Made by a program: the position numbers and the translations under genes. The notes under the pieces are model-generated. The model was given only the letters and a program-made list of their open reading frames with translations, ran no database searches and was not told the origin of the DNA. From NCBI GenBank assembly GCA_000091205.1, contig AP006496.2: a stretch of 64,000 nucleotides of DNA. One strand, written 5' to 3'. This document shows, in pieces, positions 28,495-40,714 of the stretch (the first letter of the stretch is position 1; each line of letters begins with the position of its first letter). This stretch comes from Cyanidioschyzon merolae (taxonomy: Eukaryota).

Positions 28495-29049
28495 GAGCTG
28501 TCTAGATAGAAGCGTTGTTGATCTGGCTCGGGAATGGAGACCGCGACGTGGCCCCAGCAGCGGAAGTAACTGGAGCTCAGGCATTATCTGGCAGTGAATG
28601 GTCCGTTAGCCGCCTATGGCAAGGATATGTGGCCTCAGGACGGGGTGGGCGTCTGCCCTTGCGTCCCTCACAGGGACTAGCACCCGATCAAGTACCCCAA
28701 AGTAACGCGTTCGCTTGTCCTACAGAGTCCGTTTACGCGATCCGCAAATCAAGAAGGAGGAAAACAGCTAGCGCAGCAACATGCCTGTGCCAGGATACCA
28801 GCACGGGATATGCTGCAACCTGTGCGGCTGAGAGAGCCCCACGCTGGGGCGTCTCCTAGGTCAGGGCCGCGCCTTCGAGGCGCCTCAGCGCGGGCGCTGA
28901 CAGTCACCTGCAAGCGAACGCGTCGCAGAGCACCATCATCATCATCATCACCAACCTCGACAGGCGCTTCTTGTCCAGCGCCTTTGCCAGCACAGGCACC
29001 GCAGCACCCTCCGTGTCCGTCGGCGCTCGGATGCCAGTCTAAGCTGCAC

Positions 29050-30942
29050 TCACAACCGAGGAAGCACTTCAATGCCGAGGAGGCGCAGGCCAGATTCCAC
29101 GACGTATCCAGTCAGCGCACAGAGCGCAAGCCGCGAATGCCGCACCGAGTCGTCCTCCGCACCCAGAACAGGGCAGTGCTCGTAGAACTGATTGAAGCGT
29201 TGCGAGAGCTCGAACAGATACTCGCAGAGCACGTGCGGCATAAGCTCCCGCTCCAGGTCCAGCAGAACGTACGGGAAGCGGAGCAGCTGCCGTGCGAGGG
29301 CCCCCTCAGCAGGCTCCGTGACGCACAGCAATAACTGCTGCTCTGAGGCACAGTTCGCAACCAGCTCCTGCATGCACACCTCCGCGTCTGCTGGGAGGCC
29401 GGCGGCTTTCCGCGCTATCCCGCTCACGCGCGTGAAGACATACATCATATACGGAGCTGTATTCCCGTTCAGCGAGAGCATCTTCTCGTAGCTGAATCGG
29501 TAATCCGCTGTACGTGTTGTGCGTAGGTCCGCATACTTGACAGCCCCAATACCGATAGCCCGCGCTGCCCGCTCTAGGTACTCGGGCGACTCTGTGCGTC
29601 CCGGCTGCTCAGCGATTCGCTGCTCGAGATCGTGACGTGCCAGCTCGATAGCTCGCTCGAGCAGGTCCATCAGACGCACCGTGTCTCCGGATCGGGTCTT
29701 GAACTTCTTGCCGTCGTCCCCGAGAACGAGGCCAAAGGGGACATGCTCCAGCGAGACTTCCGCGGGGTCGAAGAACCCCGCTCGACGAGCGACCTGGAAA
29801 ACCTGAGCGAAATGCGTCGCCTGTCCCGCATCCGTTACATAGAGAATTCGCTGCGCACGATCCTCCTGGACGCGGTATAGAATTGCCGCCAGGTCCGTTG
29901 TCGAGTACATGTAGCCACCGTCGCTCTTCCGAACGATGAGCGGCTGCGGAGAGCCATCCCGATTCTTGAAGCCCTCCAGGAACACGCACAATGCGCCCTG
30001 GTCGACCTGCACCAGTCCTTTTCGCTCGAGGCGTTCAATCACATCGGGCAGATATGGGTTGTAGAAGGACTCGCCACGTTCCGTCAGCTGCACATCGAGA
30101 AGCTGGTATATTTTTTCAAACTCCCGGCGCGAAAGCTCGCAAAGGAGGCGCCACGCCCGCAACGACGCCTCGTCACCGGACTGCAGCTTCGTGACTTGAG
30201 CTCGTGCCGCATTCTGGAAGACTGGGTCTTCGTCGAAACGCTTTTTCGCCTGCTTATAAAATGCTACAAGGTCCCCGAGGTCCGGTGGACGCTCTCCGGT
30301 GAGCGCTTCGGGGGCCACCTCTGCGAGGTACGCGATCAACATCCCGAACTGCGTGCCCCAGTCGCCAACATGGTTCAAGCGTATCACCGTGTGGCCCAGG
30401 TATTCCAGCACCCGGCACAACGTGTCCCCGATAATCGTACTTCGGAGATGCCCCACATGCATTTCCTTCGCAATATTCGGCGAAGAAAAGTCCACGACGA
30501 TACGCTGCAGTTTCGGCGGCTCAGGAACGTTGAGCTTACCACGCGGGTCGCTCATCATCTGTCGTATGACAGAGGCCAGGTAGCCATCGCTCAGCCGAAA
30601 GTTCACAAAGCCCGGGCCCGCCACCTCCAGTGGGGTCGCGCACATGCCCGCAACTTTCTGCTCTAGGCCGACCCGCAGACGCTCCGCAACGTCTCGCGGT
30701 TTGCTTTTGAGTTGTCGCGCGAGACTCATGGCGACATTGCACTGGAAGTCACCAAACTCCGGACGCGACGAAAAGACGACCATCGGATCGACAACCTCGG
30801 GGAGCGCATCCCCGTACTCCTTAGAAAGGACCTCAATAACGCTACGCCGCAGATACTCTAACGGCCCCAAGCGGTACGACTCGGCTGGGGCGTCTGGCGC
30901 CATCCCCGCCAAACCGGCGGAATGCTTCACCTCTCGCGCCAT
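29050..30942 (-). CDS. RARS1: Arginyl-tRNA synthetase (class I, cytoplasmic type)
   Basis: ..VVDFSSPNIAKEMHVGHLRSTIIGDTLCRVLEYLGHTVIRLNHVGDWGTQFGMLIAYL.. carries the HIGH-region-equivalent of ArgRS. ..FKTRSGDTVRLMDLL.. carries the KMSK-like motif. The protein is colinear with human RARS1. The start is taken at ATG 30940-30942 (MAREVKHS...); the 786-aa ORF upstream extension is probably untranslated. Confidence 0.9.
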   Translation of the reverse strand: MAREVKHSAGLAGMAPDAPAESYRLGPLEYLRRSVIEVLSKEYGDALPEVVDPMVVFSSRPEFGDFQCNVAMSLARQLKSKPRDVAERLRVGLEQKVAGMCATPLEVAGPGFVNFRLSDGYLASVIRQMMSDPRGKLNVPEPPKLQRIVVDFSSPNIAKEMHVGHLRSTIIGDTLCRVLEYLGHTVIRLNHVGDWGTQFGMLIAYLAEVAPEALTGERPPDLGDLVAFYKQAKKRFDEDPVFQNAARAQVTKLQSGDEASLRAWRLLCELSRREFEKIYQLLDVQLTERGESFYNPYLPDVIERLERKGLVQVDQGALCVFLEGFKNRDGSPQPLIVRKSDGGYMYSTTDLAAILYRVQEDRAQRILYVTDAGQATHFAQVFQVARRAGFFDPAEVSLEHVPFGLVLGDDGKKFKTRSGDTVRLMDLLERAIELARHDLEQRIAEQPGRTESPEYLERAARAIGIGAVKYADLRTTRTADYRFSYEKMLSLNGNTAPYMMYVFTRVSGIARKAAGLPADAEVCMQELVANCASEQQLLLCVTEPAEGALARQLLRFPYVLLDLERELMPHVLCEYLFELSQRFNQFYEHCPVLGAEDDSVRHSRLALCALTGYVVESGLRLLGIEVLPRL

Positions 30943-31439
30943 GCGCAGGTTGACGGGACCTTCTAGACGTCGCACCTGCTTTCGAAACGGCCCACCGCGC
31001 GCACCGACACCAAAGCACTGATCCAGAGTCCTGCGCCCGGCTCGAGCACTGATCAGCGACCTCAGCCCGCTATGACGATAACAAACAGAAGCAGCTCTCC
31101 CTCTGCAATAAAGACTTGTCGGATGTCGCCGTGCTGACGCTCGAGTAGCTTCACAGGCAAACCCAAGCGTGCGTTGCATGCACAGATCTGCCGATGCTTC
31201 ACCAAGCGTACACGCGTTCCGGTTAAACGTCTGTTCCGCTGCTGGTCTCTTTCGGATAAGGTGCTTGCACGCGAACGTCTCACAAGTCGTGGCTTCACAG
31301 CGCCCGTGCAGCGACGTACGTCGGCGGTACAAGTCGACGGCCACCGGCCAGCGCAACTGCACTGTCGCCGTCGATCTCAGGGCGATGCCTCCTCGAGCAG
31401 TTTCTTTCATCGATTACTTGCTTGACCGATAGATGGGGA

Positions 31440-32015
31440 TCAATGACGATAGATTGCATATGTAAGTGATAGATTCCGTATATCGGTTTGATAACCTACT
31501 GGCTAGGCTGATAGATTGTGATCAACGAGTATAGATTCCGTATATCCGTTCGATGCCCTACTGGCTAGGCTGATAGATTGTGATCAACGAGTATAGATTC
31601 CGTATATCCGTTTGATACCCGACTCGCTGGGCTGATAGATTGTGATCAACGAGTATAGATTCCGTATATCCGTTTGATGCCCTACTGGCTAGGCTGATAG
31701 ATTGTGATCAATGAGTATAGATTCCGTATATTCGTTTGATACCTTACTGGCTAGGCTGATAGATTGTGATCAACGAGTATAGATTCCGTATATCCGTTTG
31801 ATACCCTACTGGCTAGGCTGATAGATTGTGATCAATGAGTATAGATTCCGTATATCCGTTTGATGCCCTACTAGCTAGGCTGATAGATTGTGATCAATGA
31901 GTATAGATTCCGTATATCCGTTTGATGCCCTACTGGCTAGGCTGATAGATTGTGATCAACGAGTATAGATTCCGTATATCCGTTTGATACCCTACTGGCT
32001 AGGCTGATAGATTTT
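31440..32015. repeat. 61-bp minisatellite, about 9.5 copies, about 500 bp upstream of ArgRS
   Basis: Unit 'tagattccgtatatccgtttgatgccctactggctaggctgatagattgtgatcaacgagta' recurs in tandem. Confidence 0.9.
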
Positions 32016-32757
32016 CATCAGCGTTTATAGAATGTGTGCAAGTGTTGCTGCATCCGCGGTCTCCTGCGTAATGCGCTATGGGCTCGCTAACCCGGCTGCA
32101 CCGGCCGTCGGAAATCACTTAGGCAATCCCCTGCTTGCTGCCGCCTTCTGAGGAGCGTCTACTGCCTAACTGGCGTCATTCCGGGAAGCTCTGGCGCAAA
32201 ACCATTGTAAACACCTGAAAAGTGCTGGTGTGCGCAGGTCACGAGTTTTCCTCTGTAGGGTCATGCATAGAGAACGGATAATCCGGCAAATGTTAGCAAG
32301 CTTCAGCGGCTTGGATTCCCGCCAACGCCATGCGTTACCCTCGTCACTGGATCGCAGTTCTCTTTCACTGACGCTTTCGACCCATAGACTAGCTCGGAGG
32401 GTCGGCGTCGGTACTGGGGCCAAACAGGTTTCGATACGGTCGCGTCCATCGGCCGGGCGCTCCGAAGAAACAAAGGGCCCGCAACACTGCAGTCGTTTCT
32501 GGTGACGACGTGCCGCTCTCGTTGTAAATGGAAGCATGAGCAGTAGGCTCCGGTGTACGCAGTAGGAGCCCGCGCACATGCTGAGCACTCACTGTGGGCT
32601 CAGGTGGTGCTTTCGCAGTTGCCGGCTGCATCGCGACCCACAAAAGGATGCAGTGCGGCGCCTATACCCTAAAGTCTGCAAGGAAACACCGCAGCATGCA
32701 GACGAGTATACATGGTGGAGCCTATCGTGCATCAAAGATGACTTCAGTACAAGCGTA

Positions 32758-34188
32758 TCAGCCTGACTGGTCGGCAAGTGAGCCTTTCTGTGGCAAATTG
32801 ACAAACGGCAGCAACGTCTCGCCACCAAGGTACGGTTGCAGGACTGCCGGAACCTCCACCCCGTTCTCTCGCTGATAATTTTCCACAATACAGCATATTA
32901 CTCTGGTGGTCGCGCACAGAGTGCTGTTCAGCATGTGCACAAACCTCTTTTCGCGGTCACCGCCCTTTTTCATACCGTAACGAGTGAGCAGCCTACGAGA
33001 CTGGTAATCCGTGCAGTTCGAGCAGCTGACGAGCTCGCGCCACGCCTTGCTGGCAGGGTACCAACCCTCGAGATCGTACTTTTTCGAAGCGGCGTTATTA
33101 AGCGCTCCACTGACAATGCTCACGATTCGGTATGGTATTCCCAGGGATTGGTAGAACTCTTCCGCGTTCCCCAGGAGGCGTTCGAGCATCTCCCAAGAGG
33201 CCCCGTCCAGTGGAGATGTCACCGCAAACTGTTCTATTTTCTCAAACTGATGCACTCGGAAAATTCCCAGCTGGTCGCGTCCATGAGCGCCGGCCTCTTT
33301 CCGGAAACAGGTCGAAAACCCTGCGTACAATAGTGGCAATGTCGACGGATCCAGCCACTCGTCAGTGTGGTAGGCACAAATTGGCTGCTCCGAGGTCGCG
33401 ATCAGATAGTATTTGTCGTCTTCGGCCGCGGCTGCCGTTGCATTCGTGCCGCCAGTTCCGGAGCTTTCTGGTTCGCCCGCTGCGGCTCCGCGAGAGCGAA
33501 CGGTCACCTTGTACAACTGCTCGTCAAAGTCAGAGAGCTGCGCACAGCGTGCCATCGCATCACTTGTCATAAAATATGGTGGTTGCATTTCACGAAAGCC
33601 GCGTTCTCGTAAAAAGTTCAACGCATACTGCACAAGCGCGAGGTTGAGGCGAACGCCAGGGCCTATCAGAAAGTAGCCCCGGCTTCCGGCAACGCGAGCT
33701 CCGCGCTCGTAGTCTGCAGCGCCGAGTGCCAACAGGAGCTCTACGTGGCTACGGTGTGCGTTCTTCACGCGTTCATCAGCGAGTTCTGGATAGCCCCAGA
33801 GACGCTCGACTCGATTGTCCGCCTCGTCCACAGAAACAGGCACACTTTCATGCACAAGGTTACCGATCTCACGCAGTAAAGCATCCCGCTCCTGCTCTAG
33901 AGCAGCGGCCTCTCGTTCCGCCGCTGGTATAGAACGCTTCAAGTCCGCTACAGACGAGATGAGCTCGCTCGCATCTGCACCAGACTTGATGAGGCCACTT
34001 ACCCGTTTCGAGGACTCGTTCAGTTCGCGCCTGAGCGCGTCCACCCGAAACTGGGCCTGCCTCCAGCGCTCGTCCAACTCAATGACGCGATCCACGAGCT
34101 TCACGTCCGCAAACCGACGGCGCTGCGACTCTCGAACCAGCTCGGGATTGCCACCCTGTTCCGCACGAAAAAGACGAATGTCTAACAT
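32758..34188 (-). CDS. SARS1: Seryl-tRNA synthetase (class II)
   Basis: The N-terminus MLDIRLFRAEQGGNPELVRESQRRRFADVKLVDRVIELDERWRQ matches human SARS1 [27 protein letters not shown].. The catalytic core is class II. The start is taken at ATG 34186-34188; the ORF track extends 4 codons further to a GTG. Confidence 0.9.
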   Translation of the reverse strand: MLDIRLFRAEQGGNPELVRESQRRRFADVKLVDRVIELDERWRQAQFRVDALRRELNESSKRVSGLIKSGADASELISSVADLKRSIPAAEREAAALEQERDALLREIGNLVHESVPVSVDEADNRVERLWGYPELADERVKNAHRSHVELLLALGAADYERGARVAGSRGYFLIGPGVRLNLALVQYALNFLRERGFREMQPPYFMTSDAMARCAQLSDFDEQLYKVTVRSRGAAAGEPESSGTGGTNATAAAAEDDKYYLIATSEQPICAYHTDEWLDPSTLPLLYAGFSTCFRKEAGAHGRDQLGIFRVHQFEKIEQFAVTSPLDGASWEMLERLLGNAEEFYQSLGIPYRIVSIVSGALNNAASKKYDLEGWYPASKAWRELVSCSNCTDYQSRRLLTRYGMKKGGDREKRFVHMLNSTLCATTRVICCIVENYQRENGVEVPAVLQPYLGGETLLPFVNLPQKGSLADQSG

Positions 34189-34619
34189 AACACCAGCCAC
34201 AGTGACCTATACACACGCTAAACGCGCTCGTAACCGAGAGTTCAGTGTGGTGCAGCAGCGACAGTGGCAACGATGATCATCCCGAATGACTGGACTGGAG
34301 CTGGGAGCGGCGAAGCGCAGCGACGCCTCGAGTCGACGATGCGGGTGCGTTGAGGCCCTGCGGCTGGGGCTCACTCCAAAAAACAAAAAGACGACGACAC
34401 GTCCACACCGGGGGGTAGGCCTTAGTAGTGGGTGCTGGTCAGGCGTTCGGCACCGTTCCTAGATCGCTCAAGATCATTCTTTTATGGTCCTTATTTTCCA
34501 GGTGATGCTTTTCTGTGCGGTGCAATGCTGCCGATAAGTACGTGCTCTTCGTTACAGCTGGGCACAGACATTGATACCTCATCTGACTGGGATAGAGATC
34601 AGAGACGGTCACCGTAAAC

Positions 34620-35200
34620 GGCAGTGCTTTCCTTGATATCGCTCACTGAGAGTCCCATAAACGCATCAAGAAAGCTTATCCTTTCAGTCGTATAGAGGTA
34701 AGCAAGCTCATTGAAAGCTCCATACAAGCTCCATAAAAGCTTATCCCTTCAATCGTATAGAGATAGGCAACCTCATTGAAAGCTCCTTCAAAGTTAATCC
34801 CTTCAATCGTATAGAGATAGGCAACCTCATTGAAAGCTCCGTAAAAGCTTATCCCTTCAATTGTATAGAGGTAAGCAAGCTCATTGAAAGCTCCATATAA
34901 GCTCCATAAAAGCTTATCCCTTCAATCGTATAGAGATAGGCAACCTCATTGAAAGCTCCTTCAAAGTTAATCCCTTCAATCGTATAGAGATAGGCAACCT
35001 CATTGAAAGCTCCGTAAAAGCTTATCCCTTCAATCTTATAGAGATTGGCAAGCTCATTGAAAGCTTATCCCTTCAGTCGTATAGAGGTAAGCAAGCTCAC
35101 TGAAAGCTTCTTCAAAGTTAATCCCTTCAATCGTATAGAGATAGGCAACCTCATTGAAAGCTCCATACAAGCTCCATAAAAGCTTATCCCTTTCGTTCTA
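34620..35200. repeat. Minisatellite with about 60-75-bp variable units, in the SerRS/TIM50 divergent intergenic region
   Basis: 'gcttatcccttcaatcgtatagagataggcaacctcattgaaagctcc..' recurs 8-9 times with two unit variants. Confidence 0.85.
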
Positions 35201-35351
35201 CGATTTTTTTCGGCCGTCTGCGCGGGAGCGCTTCGATCCCTCCTCCACAGCAGCGACGTTCAAGGCAGGCTGCGAACGTCACCAGGTGCCTTGTTCAGAG
35301 CGTTCGCGGACCCACCCTTGTGCGGTCCACTTCGAGTGGCTTTCGGGGGAC

Positions 35352-36566
35352 ATGCTTGTAGATCGATACGCGGGTTTGCGTGCCCTACGGCCAATAGGGT
35401 CCGCGTTGCTCCGGCCTGGGCGCGTGCTCCGGTGTCTCACCTCGGGCAACGGTGGCCGCGCAGCTGGTGAAGCAGGGTCAAAGCCGACCTCGGGGCCGAT
35501 CCACCCAGAAGAGGGAGCAGCGGCAGCCTCGGATGGCGCGGCAGAGTCCAAGCGCCCACAGCACTCGCGATGGAGAGCTCTCTTTCGACCTGGACGTCTT
35601 CTCGGCTTCGTTGCGCTTGGCTCAGCCGCGACAGTGCTGACTTTCTGGGTCGTCGACCCCGAGGGAACGGTAGCACGTCTCGAGCGGCTACGGCACGAAT
35701 TGGAGTCGCGCATCCGCTATTACGTCGAGCCTAGTCGAGAAAAGCTCCTACCGGACCCAGTTGCTCCGTTTCCCGGCAGTCTGCCGCCACGAACGTTGGT
35801 CCTGGATCTCGACGAGACCCTTGTGCACTCAGACTGGACGCGATCGACGGGGTGGCGAACCTCAAAAAGGCCGGGCGTAGACGCCTTTCTGGCGTACATG
35901 GCGCAGTTCTACGAGATAGTGGTCTTCACGAGCGCCCTTCCCGGCTATGCGGATCCCATTCTAGACAGGATGGATCCAAACGGGTACATCACGCACCGCC
36001 TGTATAGGCATGAAACCAAATACCGCGACGGCCTGCACATGAAGGACCTTGCCAAGCTCAACCGCGATCTACGACGCACCATCATCATCGATAATGACCC
36101 TCGAGTATTCGCGCTGCAATCCGAGAACGGCATCGAAATCGCCCCGTGGAACGGCACTGACCCCGACGACAAGGAGTTGCTTCGTCTTACTGCATTCCTC
36201 GAATGGGTCGTTCGCAACGATGTCGCTGATGTACGACCGATCATCGCCACCGTTCGGAACTGTGATCGGACGACAAGCCGCAGCTTTGCCGAGCGGTTTG
36301 AGGCCTGTCGCCAGCAGGTCGAGTCCGTCCTTGCGTCACAGAAGCTCGCGGCAGTAGCCGGAGCGGCAACCGCGTCTTCAAGTTCCGCGGACGGTCATCT
36401 ATCGGGCAACGGTGTGCGCGCTCCTGTTCGAGGTCTGGGGATCTTCGCCATTCCACGCCGCGATCCCGCTGAGCAGTCAGCAACTACAACATCCGAGGCA
36501 TCTTCGCCAGCGGCTCCAGCGCAGCCGGTTCCTGATCAGAGTATCTGGACTCGTTTGCGACGATAG
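35352..36566 (+). CDS. TIM50: Mitochondrial import inner membrane translocase subunit TIM50 (FCP1/NIF-type phosphatase-like domain)
   Basis: An Arg-rich presequence and TM segment (LLGFVALGSAATVLTFWVV) precede PPRTLVLDLDETLVHSDW...EIVVFTSALPGYADPILDRMDP...HMKDLAKLNRDLRRTIIIDNDPRVFALQSENGIEIAPWNG. The ORF track starts at a TTG at 35154 inside the minisatellite. I take the first in-frame ATG at 35352. Confidence 0.8.
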   Translation: MLVDRYAGLRALRPIGSALLRPGRVLRCLTSGNGGRAAGEAGSKPTSGPIHPEEGAAAASDGAAESKRPQHSRWRALFRPGRLLGFVALGSAATVLTFWVVDPEGTVARLERLRHELESRIRYYVEPSREKLLPDPVAPFPGSLPPRTLVLDLDETLVHSDWTRSTGWRTSKRPGVDAFLAYMAQFYEIVVFTSALPGYADPILDRMDPNGYITHRLYRHETKYRDGLHMKDLAKLNRDLRRTIIIDNDPRVFALQSENGIEIAPWNGTDPDDKELLRLTAFLEWVVRNDVADVRPIIATVRNCDRTTSRSFAERFEACRQQVESVLASQKLAAVAGAATASSSSADGHLSGNGVRAPVRGLGIFAIPRRDPAEQSATTTSEASSPAAPAQPVPDQSIWTRLRR

Positions 36567-37940
36567 AGCTTTCACGAACTTTCAGATCGGAAGCGAGTCA
36601 TGCGAAAAGTTTGCGCTTTGCGTCCCCGTATCGAGCTGGTGAGTTCGCTGCGGCACGCGACGCGTCTGTGTTTTTTCTCGGGGGCGCGGGGCAAGCGTCT
36701 AGGATTGTTTACACGAATAAGAGAATCCGTCGTTGTGCGATGGATATCAGCATCAAGGAGAGCAGCAGCGATCATTGCGGAATTCAGACGTCCACGTACC
36801 TCGAATCACCACTAGCCACACTCTTCATCGCGTATAATGGATCGTTCATACGGTCGCCCAGGTGCCGAGTGCGTTCTGTGAGCGTCCAGTGTGACGCCTT
36901 TAGAGCCGGTGCAGACGCCGCACGCAGATAGAGCGGCTTTTGCGTACCACTGAGGGCGTTGGCTCTAGAACTGTCATCTAGTCGAGTGCAGGTACAGCGC
37001 GCTCGTTTCTGCCGCGACGAGCGCGCTCCTTTCGGGAACTCTGTCTGCACGCTTGCAGGTGCTGCCCAGCCTACGGAAGCTAGATATCATGAAGGGACGA
37101 TTTCGCACTTGATCATCACGCTGGTGGATGAGATTTTGCGAGACTTTGCTTTCCAGCGGGCGTCGCTGTGCATCTGGGTCTGGCGCTGCCCCAAGACTTG
37201 ACGAGGCGTCACATATGGCCGTGGTAGCTCGCCGCTGGAGCATCCACGCAATAGGAGTATGCTAGGGAGATGGCGGTAAAGGCACACCTCAGCCCGAGGG
37301 GCATTGTCGAGAGGGCTCGTCCACATCCATGTCAGAGGACGTTCATGTTTGCCATTTCGTGTTTATGCCAGTGGCGGCAGAGATGCATGACTGGGCGAGT
37401 CTCTTCAAACGACAAGGTTCGCGTGGCCTGCCGTGTAACGACAAGCGCCTGATTACACGAGTCACCAGAGGTTCCGCACCTGGCGACTCCCAACACGCAC
37501 GTGCACGAGTGGTACACCCGCATCCTCCGGGCAAACAAAGCGCACAAACGCTCATTGTACCCGGGTGTGCAGGGGCAGCAGCCGCGGTCACACGCACTCG
37601 GTGCAGTGAAACAGCGCAGGTTTCCTGTACCTGAGCGATACACCCAGAGATGGCTCTTATCGTGCGAGACAAATATCTTACGAACTCCATGTGATCAGCA
37701 AAGTACGCAAGGAAACATGGGGCACCTAGGCTCCGGGCGAAGGCCACTCAGCCGCCTCAGCGGGTGTCTTTGCCGGGGCGTCTTCCCTCGACGGAACGCA
37801 GCGTCTATTCGCATTCACCGGCACGACACCCTATTGAAGAGAAGCGCTCGCGTAGGCTCCACGCCGATAACACTCGTGATAATGTCAACGGCTGCGCAGC
37901 TAATAGCCCAGTAATGTGTGCCGCACCTGGCTCCGCTGTG

Positions 37941-38615
37941 CTACCTCTTCACCTCTATCTGCCAGAGGTCGACGTCGATGTCCACGGCACGTTCCCTATG
38001 AAACACGTACGTTGCGGGGAGATCGAAACGCAAGCGAGCGTACACCTGGGCCGTACACCCGAAACGCTCCAGCCTCCTCGATAAGTAACTGCGCGTGCTC
38101 GACTTGTGCAGAGAGTACACAAATCGGCGACTCAAGTGACATGCTACATCGAGGAAGGCGATGTCGGCGGATCGTTGTCGCGTTCCAAAGGGCGGATTAA
38201 GCACAGCGACGTCGAATGACTTTGGTGCCAATGCCAACGAGTTGGGCTGGACGTCCACCGCAGCAAACTCCAAGACTGCTCCGACGGACTGGGGACACAG
38301 TTCCCAGAGCGCTGCCGCATTGGCCCGTGCCAGCTCCAGGGCCTCGCTATCGACGTCCACTCCGAGCACGTGGTTGAGTCCAGCGAGACACAGTGCAAGA
38401 GCGAGTATTCCAGTCCCGGTGCCGAGGTCCACTGCCTGCACTGACCTCCGCTCATCTTCGTCGATGCATAGGGCAACATGGTGGGCGATTCTTGCCGCCA
38501 GATGAACCGGTGTCGTGTACTGCTCCAGGTGCACACGCGGGGACTGGAACTGGCGCCACGGAAGCTGTGAAAGCAGCGTCTCGATCTCACGAACGCTCGG
38601 CACCGAGCCACGCAT
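37941..38615 (-). CDS. METTL5: METTL5-type rRNA N6-adenosine methyltransferase
   Basis: ..AVDLGTGTGILALAL.. is the SAM-binding motif. ..VAVLNPPFGTRQ.. is the NPPF catalytic motif. ..VYSLHKSSTRSYL.. matches human VYSLHKSSTRE. The start is taken at ATG 38613-38615; the ORF track starts at a GTG at 38639. Confidence 0.85.
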   Translation of the reverse strand: MRGSVPSVREIETLLSQLPWRQFQSPRVHLEQYTTPVHLAARIAHHVALCIDEDERRSVQAVDLGTGTGILALALCLAGLNHVLGVDVDSEALELARANAAALWELCPQSVGAVLEFAAVDVQPNSLALAPKSFDVAVLNPPFGTRQRSADIAFLDVACHLSRRFVYSLHKSSTRSYLSRRLERFGCTAQVYARLRFDLPATYVFHRERAVDIDVDLWQIEVKR

Positions 38616-39059
38616 CCCAGTTCGGCAGACTTTCAGCACGCTGCGATGCCGAGTACACGTCGCTCGCAGGGCCTAGCAGGTCCGCTCCTTAAAGCCTACG
38701 CAGCGCACGCTCCAACACGCTGTTCCAGCGGACCTGTGGTTGTAATTCGGGCTTGCGGGGTGTGTCGCCCCGCTGCCGACGGTCGGTCCAGCTGCTTGTA
38801 GCACCCCCGCTACCTCCGTGGAAGCTGTTTTTCCTGCCAGCGGCGGGCGTTTGAATGAATCGTCGATAAAACACTGTCCCAGGCGCGTCGCAGTGCTCCC
38901 CAGCTGACGAGCACCCGAAGCCATTTCTGTTACCCGATGCGTCGCAGCGCTTTCGTATGGACCATCGGCGCGTTTGCTTCTAAGATGAGCATAGAGCGAA
39001 TAGATAGACTCACTCACACGCTTTCCGCAGGACTTATACGAGCGGGTGCCTGCTATGGG

Positions 39060-40460
39060 CTTTCACTCTCATCTTGTTCACTTCGAGTCTGAGAGGCTGG
39101 CCCGGAAAGTTGGCTCAAACCAGCTCCTTGGGTCTTCTACTGAGCACTGTATGTCGTCTAATGTTCATAGCAGCGTTGAAGTCTGGGATCACGAACTGGA
39201 TGCGTTTATTGTCTCTTATTAAACTCACCAATGCAAGGATCCCTCGAAATGCTGCCCTCGGTGCCATTTGGTGCTCCATCACCTCTCCAAGGTTTCCTAT
39301 TCCCAAAGTGCTCCGTTGCCTTCTCTCCATCTCGACGTTATGAAGGATACACCCCAGCACATCCATTAGATTTTTTAAACACATTTCTTTATGCCCCTAG
39401 GTGACGACCTTATAGGAGCGCGTAGGACTTGCGGAAGAAAGACGTCATGTGTCTCTGTGTACCACCGTGTTCTGAACGCTTCAGTGATTCGCCTAGTGGC
39501 GCGATCTTTACTTTTCACAATAGGAAACACTTCTTCAATGTGGTTGAACCGGAAGCGTACTGACGAATGAAATGCAGCCCTACTCCGGTAGAATTGGGCA
39601 AGGCTTCAATGCGAGGGGAATGGTGAAATTCCAAAAAGTCGAACAGAAGAACACAGCCAGACGTCAGGGAATCGTCTTCAAAGATTCTACGATGTGAAAA
39701 CTGTTGTATGAGCGTTCTCTGGAGTCGAAACTGAGGCCGCAAAAGAAATCCACTGCAGCTGGAGTAGAGAAATTCTTATGTATTTTCGATATCGATTGTA
39801 TATCCAACGGGCGCCCCTCATCGCGAATACTCATATCCACTGTGACGGTTCTGTGTGGAGCAAATCTCGTGGAATGAAAAAAACAACGTTCTTGTGGCTC
39901 ATAGCCGGCGCGATGTTTCAGGGACTGTGTTCTAGTCGCCATTTCGTTCGGACATGGCTGTGAACGATCTAGGACATTTTATGTGACTGTATGCCACTGG
40001 TTTCAGGACCATACGAAAAAGCTGTAGACAAAAACAGTCACCGGTGATGGCTGCTATCGTCGCTTTTTGTTCCCGCAAAGTCGGCAACGGGTCGTGTTCT
40101 ATCACTGACCTCATGCACGCGTCGAGAATATCCGTTTCTTTTCGCGGAGTTCATCTAATTCTTTCTCTAGTGTTCCTCGACCGTTTGAGTGTTGTTCCAT
40201 GACTGACATCAAGAATCAATACAGATCTCCTTCAAATATCCAGTATATAATATATCCTACATGAAATTCGACTTCGATATATACAGTATATTACAACGTG
40301 ATTCCCATCTCTTGCTATACATCGCAGATCGTGTCGAGTAACCATGGGTTGAAAGCCTAAAAGATCGCGGATCGCAATCCCACCACCACCGTTCTGCTGT
40401 CTGGATCGCCGAGTCGCGAACGCTGTGGAGCCACGCTGTTCAGGGACACGTGGCAGATAT
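39060..40460. other. GC-poor island 2 with frameshifted minus-strand ORF fragments
   Basis: Composition shifts to AT-rich. Three abutting minus-strand ORFs (39115-39384, 39515-39742, 39664-39942) lie in different frames. Confidence 0.5.
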
Positions 40461-40714
40461 CGAATGCTGCTGCTCCTCTAGCTCACGCATAGGTTGAGGC
40501 TATTTCGTAGCGCGGGCTGCCCCCAGGCAGTTGTGCTTTTCCCACTACCAGCAACATTGGAAAGTGATCGACGCGAGAAGCTTGTACAGTGGGGGATTGG
40601 GGGAGCGATTGTGCGTTTTCTGTAGACAGTAACTCTGGAAGCTGCTCAGCGAAAAAGCTTGTACAGCGGGGGACTTTGCAGCGATTTTGCGTTTCTCCAG
40701 AACAACAACTGCGA

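Noticed and set aside
28921-28940. (CAT)6 microsatellite, with (AGC)6 at 54328-54345 and (CAG)n at 46128-46150
   Set aside because: Short simple-sequence repeats with no evident functional context.
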